IMG/VR virus record: IMGVR_UViG_3300011338_000235 | Location: 1-39,066 of that record | Length of the DNA: 39,066 nucleotides | From: a virus | Lineage: Duplodnaviria > Caudoviricetes | Direction: 5' to 3' (one strand) | Part shown: one piece after another, positions 9,106-14,881 of the stretch | Position numbering within the stretch: the first letter of the stretch is position 1 | Layout of the letters: every line of letters starts with the position of its first letter | Translations under genes and position numbers: made by a program | Notes under the pieces: generated by a model | The model's input: the letters and a program-made list of their open reading frames with translations, nothing else | What the model was told of the DNA's origin: nothing | The model's database searches: none

Positions 9106-9233
9106 TACTTTTGCGCCTTCTTTTTGACCGCATAGGCTATCGCCACGGCCTGTTTGACAGGCTTACCTGCCTTGACCTCGGCCCTGATATTGGCCTTAAA
9201 CGCCGCAGGGGTAGGTGACTTTTTGAGTGGCAT
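9105..9233 (-). CDS. Lys-rich microprotein, 42 aa (MPLKKSPTP...KQAVAIAYAVKKKAQK)
   Basis: Hand-translated. TAATG overlaps with both neighbours. Confidence 0.75.
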   Translation of the reverse strand: MPLKKSPTPAAFKANIRAEVKAGKPVKQAVAIAYAVKKKAQK

Positions 9234-9388
9234 TACTTCTTCTTCGCCGTCTTGGCAGAATTTACAAAGTCTTGCTTGCTAGGCGCTGCCTTGCTGCCGA
9301 CTTTGTTCATCTTCTCGCCAGAGCCAGCTTTGATACGGGCTTGTTTGGCGTTGATATTGGCATAGAGGCCGGGTTTGCTAGATTTCAT
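9233..9388 (-). CDS. Lys-rich microprotein, 51 aa (MKSSKPGLYANINAKQARIKAGSGEKM...)
   Basis: Hand-translated. ATGA/TAATG coupling, AGGAAG upstream. Confidence 0.75.
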   Translation of the reverse strand: MKSSKPGLYANINAKQARIKAGSGEKMNKVGSKAAPSKQDFVNSAKTAKKK

Positions 9389-9540
9389 GATTTCTTCCTT
9401 GCCATAGGTTTGTGGAGGCTAGGTTCCATCTTCTTTTCCATAGCGGCATAGGCTTTTTTGCTTGGAGCCATTTTCTTTTCAGCAGCCTCCATTTTTTTGG
9501 ATTCGCCTTTGCCAAACGGGTTCATTTTCTTTGTAGCCAT
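9385..9540 (-). CDS. Lys/Met-rich microprotein, 51 aa (MATKKMNPFGKGESKKMEAAEKKM...)
   Basis: Hand-translated. Fills the gap exactly and is coupled to the next gene by ATGA. Confidence 0.7.
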   Translation of the reverse strand: MATKKMNPFGKGESKKMEAAEKKMAPSKKAYAAMEKKMEPSLHKPMARKKS

Positions 9541-9542
9541 GA

Positions 9543-9797
9543 TTAGCACTTCCATCGTTTAAGGGCTGCTTTGGCGCGTTCGCCATCTTTGGCGTTGGCA
9601 GCTACTGCGCCCATTCTTGCACAAAATGAATCCTTGCGGCCTTGGTCTGCCTTGGTCTTGGGATTTGGGGCAGGAGCCTTCAAGTTAGAGCCAGTGGCTG
9701 CATTGTAGACAGCCCTACCCTTGGCAGTCAAACCAGCGCCCTTGGACGTTGGCAGCTTCTCGCCGCGCCCAACTGATAGAGATACACCTTTTTTCAT
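9543..9797 (-). CDS. Small basic protein (DUF6321-like)
   Basis: GLTAKGRAVYN...NLKAP...RKDSFCARM...ALKRWKC. The start at 9797 overlaps the terL stop (ATGA). Confidence 0.75.
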   Translation of the reverse strand: MKKGVSLSVGRGEKLPTSKGAGLTAKGRAVYNAATGSNLKAPAPNPKTKADQGRKDSFCARMGAVAANAKDGERAKAALKRWKC

Positions 9798-11317
9798 GAT
9801 CCCATCCATCCAGTAGACACCGCCGAGTGATCCGAGTACCTGCGCGGCGCGGCTTCACGGTACTCCCGATGCGCCACAGGAAAAGCAAACGTCACACAGA
9901 TAGCATCCGCAGCATCTGGACTGGCTAAACCCCGTGCTTTCATTTCTTTCTTGCTCTCCAAGAAGATCGTACCCCGTGAATCAGGCTTCATCAGGGGGCT
10001 AATTAGGTCTGTTTTAAGAAACCTATCCTGCGGAATACTAGCAGATTTGAGCCAGTCTTTCATATCCCCCCACATCTGCGCCCTCATATTTCCATACATT
10101 ATCGGGTTTTTTGACTTGTTCCCAAAGTTCACACCCTTGATCTTGTACCGCTGCTCCTTGAGCCTATCCACAATCCCCGCCCCCAGCCCACCCTCATCAA
10201 TTACCACCATCGCAGGCTTGTACTCCTCCATTGCCTCAATGATATGCCCCACCACCGTCATGGTGTCATCGCCTCTATATTTCTTTATAGACACAATATC
10301 CCGCCCCTGCCGCACCGCAATCACCGTAGCATCCGCCCCAAACCGCGCAGGATCCACACCAATGATGATAGGCGCTGAATTGTCCTTGTACTTGGGCCGT
10401 TTCATCGCCTCATCCACCACATCTGACGGTATAAACTGGTCATCCCCCGCCCGTGGGAACTCACCATACACCTCAACGTGCGCCTGGGCGCTGTCCGGCC
10501 CATATTCATCAATAATTCGCCCATAAACCGCCTTGTCCGTCCCCTCCACCGTCCGCGCATCTACCACCTTAGTCGCCCAAAAGTCCCTCTTTGAGTGAAA
10601 AGTCTCGTAAAAGTACCCCGTATTGCGCCGTGGGTTGCTAAACGCCAGCCAAAACCGATTCGGCGTGTTCTCCGTGAAGAATCCACCAGTAACAGACCAG
10701 ATCGAATCATCAATACCACTGGCTTCATCAAAAATCACCAGCACACCATCAAAATTGTGCACACCAGCATAAGCATCTGGGTTCTCCGCTGACCATAATC
10801 GGCCCTCAACGCCCCAATACCTAGTACCCTTCTTCAAGTCGCGCTCAACTAACTCAGTTAACCACTTAGCTGGCGCCACTCTGGTGGCAGATATTTCAAA
10901 CCAGTGGCTGTTTAGCCCCATAGCCAACCACTTGGTAATCTCCGCCCAAGTGATTGAGCGTAGTTGGTTCTCTGAGTTGGCCGAGATAATGGTTGTCGAG
11001 CCTATGCGCGTCGATATCATCCATATAGTTAGCCAACTGACCAGCGCCGACTTGCCGATACCCCGTCCGCTGGACACTGCCTCCTGCAATACCGAGTAGT
11101 CTACAACGCCCTTGTTCTTCTTAATATGGTCGGCAAGGTCTTGCAGCACCTCGCGCTGCCATTTGCGCGGCCCAGTAAAGTGTTCCAGAGGCGTCCCCTT
11201 GCGCCCCCAGGGGAACAGGTACAGCACAAACGCCAGTGGGTTGTCTTTGAGCGCTGGACTCCACAGCCGCGCCATGAGTTCTTGTTCGTCTTCAGGCTGG
11301 TAGATTGTGGTCTGCAT
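9794..11317 (-). CDS. terL: Terminase large subunit
   Basis: Walker A-like SGRGIGKS, Walker B VIFDEASG, coupling motif SNP, nuclease IGVDPARFGAD and SPDAADA. Confidence 0.95.
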   Translation of the reverse strand: MQTTIYQPEDEQELMARLWSPALKDNPLAFVLYLFPWGRKGTPLEHFTGPRKWQREVLQDLADHIKKNKGVVDYSVLQEAVSSGRGIGKSALVSWLTIWMISTRIGSTTIISANSENQLRSITWAEITKWLAMGLNSHWFEISATRVAPAKWLTELVERDLKKGTRYWGVEGRLWSAENPDAYAGVHNFDGVLVIFDEASGIDDSIWSVTGGFFTENTPNRFWLAFSNPRRNTGYFYETFHSKRDFWATKVVDARTVEGTDKAVYGRIIDEYGPDSAQAHVEVYGEFPRAGDDQFIPSDVVDEAMKRPKYKDNSAPIIIGVDPARFGADATVIAVRQGRDIVSIKKYRGDDTMTVVGHIIEAMEEYKPAMVVIDEGGLGAGIVDRLKEQRYKIKGVNFGNKSKNPIMYGNMRAQMWGDMKDWLKSASIPQDRFLKTDLISPLMKPDSRGTIFLESKKEMKARGLASPDAADAICVTFAFPVAHREYREAAPRRYSDHSAVSTGWMGS

Positions 11318-11699
11318 CTATGATGTCTATGATGCGCCGCTCGGCTTCTGCCAGCGCCTGGGTTATGGATATGCGTTGGTCGATCTCTACTGAGATGGCC
11401 TGCTTGGCGACCCAGCCGTGTTGATGCTTCAGTATCTCTAGCGCCGCCTTGGCGTCGCCGCCTCGCGCTGCGTTGTGCAGTATCTCGGCCATCTCGCGTT
11501 CGCCGTCGGCTTTGCCCTTCATCGCGGCCATGTTCACAACTGGATCAAAGTTACTCAGCGTCATGAATTCTTGCGGCAGCATACCGGCTGCAAGCGCGAG
11601 TGTCTCGCCGCGCAGGCCTAGCTTTGCTGCATCGTACACAGCCTGTAAGCGCGACTCTGTTGCTTTTAACTCTCGAATTGATAGCGGGAAGGAGACCAT
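11292..11699 (-). CDS. terS: Probable terminase small subunit
   Basis: 135 aa helical protein directly upstream of and overlapping terL; HTH-like N-terminus, GDAKAALEILKH. Confidence 0.7.
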   Translation of the reverse strand: MVSFPLSIRELKATESRLQAVYDAAKLGLRGETLALAAGMLPQEFMTLSNFDPVVNMAAMKGKADGEREMAEILHNAARGGDAKAALEILKHQHGWVAKQAISVEIDQRISITQALAEAERRIIDIIDADHNLPA

Positions 11700-11740
11700 G
11701 CGCGGTTTATATCATAAAAAATAAAAATTGTTTGCGAACG
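11700..11740 (-). promoter_or_regulatory. Putative extended -10 promoter for a leaderless terS/late transcript
   Basis: TG-A-TATAAA then 6 nt then ATG; no SD; AT tract upstream. Confidence 0.5.
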
Positions 11741-11801
11741 CTCCGTAGCCGTGACCATCGGCGCTCGGCCCTGCCACCCCCGCCTCGGGCGCTGGCGCGC
11801 A

Positions 11802-11992
11802 GCAGCCAGCAGCGGGCAGCCGGGCAGCCAGCAGCCGGGCAGCCAGCAGCCGGGCAGCCAGCAGCCGGGCAGCCAGCAGCCGGGCAGCCAGCAGCCAGCA
11901 GCCGGGCAGCCGGGCAGCCGGGCAGCCAGCAGCCAGCAGCCAGCAGCCAGCAGCCAGCAGCCAGCAGCCAGCAGCCAGCAGCCAGCAGCCGG
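11802..11992. repeat. Tandem array of 26 GCAGCCA / GCAGCCGG units
   Basis: Counted directly: 16 x GCAGCCA, 9 x GCAGCCGG, 1 x GCAGCGG. No T on the top strand for about 190 bp. Confidence 0.97.
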
Positions 11993-11998
11993 CCGGGC

Positions 11999-12346
11999 GT
12001 GTGGGCAGTCGTGTGTGCAGTCGTGTGGGCAGTCGTGTGGGCAGTCGTGTGGGCAGTGTGTGCCATTGTGCTGGATTGCCCACACTGCCCACAAATAGGT
12101 TTTTACGTCTCTTTTGAGATAGTTTGTGTCGTTTTTAGGTTGTTTTTGTCGTGTCTATGCGTTTTTTTCTGCCGCAAAAACTGCGTGTGGGCAGTGTGGG
12201 CAGTGTGTGCCATCTTTTTTTCAGGCGCAAAACTTTCCGCGTGATTTTGCGCGCAGCCCTAGTTCCCGTACTATAAACTACTGTTATTATATACAGTATA
12301 TCTATTTTCTTAAGAGTTAAACAAACAATGGCACACATGACCCACA
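11999..12346. repeat. GTGTGGGCAGT iteron-like repeats, direct and inverted (putative origin or packaging region)
   Basis: Five tandem 12-mers GTGTG(G/T)GCAGT(C/G) from 11999, inverted copies at about 12077-12093, direct copies at 12186-12213, inverted ATGGCACACATGACCCACA at 12328-12346. Confidence 0.85.
12279..12298. promoter_or_regulatory. LexA (SOS) box
   Basis: TACTGTTATTATATACAGTA = TA-CTGT-N8-ACAG-TA with an all-AT spacer, matching the beta/gamma-proteobacterial LexA consensus. Confidence 0.7.
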
Positions 12347-12562
12347 AGAGGGGTTTTTCAGAGGGCCGGGTCACATCGACGCCGTCACCCACAACAGCAC
12401 CACGTCGACACACACACACTAAGGGTTTCCCCTAGTGTGACAAATAGTGTTACAAATCAAGCACTTAGCGCGCTCCCGCGATAGCTGGCACGATTCTCTT
12501 ATGCTTACTATGTGAGAGGGTCGAATTCTCGGCCCTCTCTTAATAGAGTAAAGGACAGTACT

Positions 12563-13309
12563 ATGAAAATTCTCGGATACATCGCATATGAGGGGCCATC
12601 GATCATTGATGGAAAACCCATCGTCGTCATCATCAATAAGATTGACGGTAGCAAGAATGCTAAAACCGGCGCCATTGTGCAGTCGTTCATCATCCGGTCG
12701 GATATCGATCCTGTACAGGCACTGCAGACTGGGGATGATGAATCAGTGTGTGGACAATGTGAGCATCGGCCAATCAAGGCGAAGAAAACCGGGAAACCGC
12801 CATGCTATGTACAAGTAGCAAAATCTGTGCTATCGGTCTATAACGCATATTTACGCGGCCAGTACGTCAAAGCGGACCCGGCCACAATCGCGCGAGCCCT
12901 ACAAGGCAAAATTGTCCGCATCGGCACATACGGTGATCCATTTGCCGCGCCGGTGCGTATGTGGTCGCAGATTACCCGGTACGCGGCCGGTCGGCGCGGT
13001 TATACGCATCAATGGGATAGCGTCGGGTTCGACGTTGACGCATGGGCACCGTTAGTTATGGCATCCGCCGATACCATCGATCAGGCAGCAAAGGCAAATC
13101 TATTAGGTATGCGAGTTTTCCGCGTCTCTCAGGGTATCGATGTTCAACCCGGCGAAGCCATGTGCCCGGCCAGCGCCGAAGCCGGTAGAAAATCTACTTG
13201 TGCCAAATGTACCCTTTGCGCCGGTACAAGTATCAAGGCGCGCGATATCGTCATCGCAGACCATGCTGCGGGGCACGCACGTCGCACGATAGCGATAGCG
13301 AGCGTCTGA
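12563..13309 (+). CDS. Cys-rich Fe-S / radical-SAM-like protein (GP88 / DUF7227-like)
   Basis: Start at 12563 behind AAGGA. Motifs NAKTG, C-x2-C-x14-CY, RIGTYGDP, GYTHQW, MAS-D and C-terminal CP-x10-C-x2-C-x2-C. Confidence 0.6.
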   Translation: MKILGYIAYEGPSIIDGKPIVVIINKIDGSKNAKTGAIVQSFIIRSDIDPVQALQTGDDESVCGQCEHRPIKAKKTGKPPCYVQVAKSVLSVYNAYLRGQYVKADPATIARALQGKIVRIGTYGDPFAAPVRMWSQITRYAAGRRGYTHQWDSVGFDVDAWAPLVMASADTIDQAAKANLLGMRVFRVSQGIDVQPGEAMCPASAEAGRKSTCAKCTLCAGTSIKARDIVIADHAAGHARRTIAIASV

Positions 13310-13369
13310 TTTTCAGTGTATGGCTCCGGCCATACGCGGACAATCCGTCCGGTAACAGTAGAGTATGTC

Positions 13370-13564
13370 ATGAAAACTCAAACTAAAGCACAACGTCAGT
13401 CGTCTTATTTGGCCGCGTTTTCCGATGCTGTCGTTGCGCTTGAACCCGCGCACGCGGGCCGGATCGAATGGCCGTCGGCACTACACTTTTATTTCACTGG
13501 CGTACCAGTGGCCGATGCTGCGGCCAAGTATGTCGACAATCGCAAAGATGAGGTGAAAGCATGA
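13370..13564 (+). CDS. Early hypothetical protein
   Basis: MKTQTKAQRQ... behind GAG; ATGA-coupled to the next gene. Confidence 0.7.
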   Translation: MKTQTKAQRQSSYLAAFSDAVVALEPAHAGRIEWPSALHFYFTGVPVADAAAKYVDNRKDEVKA

Positions 13565-13752
13565 CCACACTGCCCGATACGCTGCGCACCTACAGCATCG
13601 CGCAGTTACTTGATTTTGCCGACTCATTAGACCCGAACAACGGCTGGCGCGAGTCGCTGGCCGACGATCCGACGATCACACGCGACTCACTGGCCGACGC
13701 CATGTTAGGCGCGTATGACGATATCGACACTCACGCATGGATCAACAAATGA
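13561..13752 (+). CDS. Early acidic hypothetical protein
   Basis: GAGG SD, coupled at both ends, DPNNGW motif. Confidence 0.7.
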   Translation: MTTLPDTLRTYSIAQLLDFADSLDPNNGWRESLADDPTITRDSLADAMLGAYDDIDTHAWINK

Positions 13753-13853
13753 TTAAGACTATGAAAGCCGCCGCGACTCTCGCGCTGTTTGTCCTCATGC
13801 TGGCCGGGCTACTGGCCGCCATGCTGGCCTATTTTGACGTCCTCATGCCGTGA
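13749..13853 (+). CDS. Single-TM micropeptide, 34 aa (MIKTMKAAATLALFVLMLAGLLAAMLAYFDVLMP)
   Basis: Hand-translated; ATGA overlap with the previous stop. Confidence 0.6.
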   Translation: MIKTMKAAATLALFVLMLAGLLAAMLAYFDVLMP

Positions 13854-13915
13854 TGGACTATGAGCGGCTACGCTGGCCGCTCATGGGCACTCATGCCAAT
13901 AACCTGGAGTACAGT

Positions 13916-14137
13916 ATGAAAACACTATCCTGGCCGCACCTACGCGCCCTGGGGCGCACCGACAACGGGAACCGCTGGTATCCGAACGACGATATCAAAC
14001 CCTACTTTGCGCCCCTACGCGCACCATCACGCGCATGGCCTAACTCTTACGCGAAAGCCGCGCAGACCCTTAAATTCGCGAAGTGGCTGCGCGACAATAA
14101 TCCGGCCCTGGCCGATCAATTGGGAGTCGAGGCATGA
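13916..14137 (+). CDS. Early hypothetical protein
   Basis: GGAG SD before MKTLSWPHL. GRTDNGNRWYP...RAPSRAWPNSY motif. Confidence 0.75.
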   Translation: MKTLSWPHLRALGRTDNGNRWYPNDDIKPYFAPLRAPSRAWPNSYAKAAQTLKFAKWLRDNNPALADQLGVEA

Positions 14138-14451
14138 AAACAATCACCATCAACCGCGCCCGGTACAAAGTACGCGACGACCGCGACATTATGGGCGAAC
14201 TGTTGAAAATTACAGGTAAGCATAAGATCATAAAAAGCAAAGGCCCGGAGCGGCGCCTGTACCCGACCGACGGCGCCACGCTAAGCACGGCGGCTTATGT
14301 CGCGCAGTATTATGGCCTCAACTCGACCCGGCGCCTGTTTACGAACCATGCGGCGCCCTACGGCGACGACAACCTGGTTGGGTTTTACGACTCACTCAGC
14401 GACCGTTTGAGCGTACCTGAAGGGGAAGACAGTATGGAGGTGGAACTGTGA
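14134..14451 (+). CDS. Early hypothetical protein
   Basis: 105 aa, GGAG/GAGG upstream, ATGA coupling. Confidence 0.7.
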   Translation: MKTITINRARYKVRDDRDIMGELLKITGKHKIIKSKGPERRLYPTDGATLSTAAYVAQYYGLNSTRRLFTNHAAPYGDDNLVGFYDSLSDRLSVPEGEDSMEVEL

Positions 14452-14618
14452 TCATCCAGAACGCCGACTATGGGATCAGCGCGGAAGTTAGCCAGATGGC
14501 CGACGGTCGCTGGCGCGTCACGCTGCGCGACGACGACACCGGCGAGACCCTGCCGTCCGCCAAAATCTTCAACCTGGAGGCCGACGCCCTGGCCTTTGCG
14601 GAGAAGCTATGCGCCTGA
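14448..14618 (+). CDS. Early hypothetical protein, 56 aa (MIIQNADYGISAEV...)
   Basis: Hand-translated; GGAGG SD, GTGA overlap. Confidence 0.7.
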   Translation: MIIQNADYGISAEVSQMADGRWRVTLRDDDTGETLPSAKIFNLEADALAFAEKLCA

Positions 14619-14824
14619 CCGACCCCAAGACCATGCGGGAACTGTTGGCCGACGGCTGGACTCGGGATCAGGTGTACGGCGCCGTCAAGCGCGGCGACCT
14701 AGTGAACCTGAACCGACGCGACGCCTGGGGGCGCATCCGGCGGGGGCCGGGCCTGTTCGCCCCACCCGCTGGGCCGGGCGTCACCTTCACGGCCCTGGCC
14801 GACGCCTGGGGGCGGCCGTGCTGA
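14609..14824 (+). CDS. Early hypothetical protein, possibly small DNA-binding
   Basis: GGAG SD; TMRELLADGWTRDQVYGAVKRGDL resembles an excisionase/HTH-like pattern (weak). Confidence 0.6.
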   Translation: MRLTDPKTMRELLADGWTRDQVYGAVKRGDLVNLNRRDAWGRIRRGPGLFAPPAGPGVTFTALADAWGRPC

Positions 14825-14881
14825 TGGCCGCACTGTTCGCGGCGCTGCTGGCGCTGCTGTTGAACCTCTAAAAAGGCTTTT

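Noticed and set aside
11791-11992. Chi-like sites (GCTGGCGC at 11791; GCTGGCTG on the minus strand of the array)
   Set aside because: One exact match to a Pseudomonas-type Chi and only 6/8 to E. coli Chi. The host recombination system is unknown and a chance match in GC-rich DNA is likely.
11802-12066. Possible CRISPR array
   Set aside because: Units are 7-12 bp and contiguous, with no unique spacers. The only Cas4-like gene is a DUF2800 replication nuclease.
11600-12244. Several 115-214 aa ORFs across the repeat array on both strands
   Set aside because: The frames are open only because the repeats lack stop codons. The translations are pure repeat (QPAAG, AAGCWLL) with no SD.
12486-12500. 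Canonical sigma54 promoter as a firm feature
   Set aside because: The -12 GC dinucleotide is missing, so it is kept only as a tentative finding.
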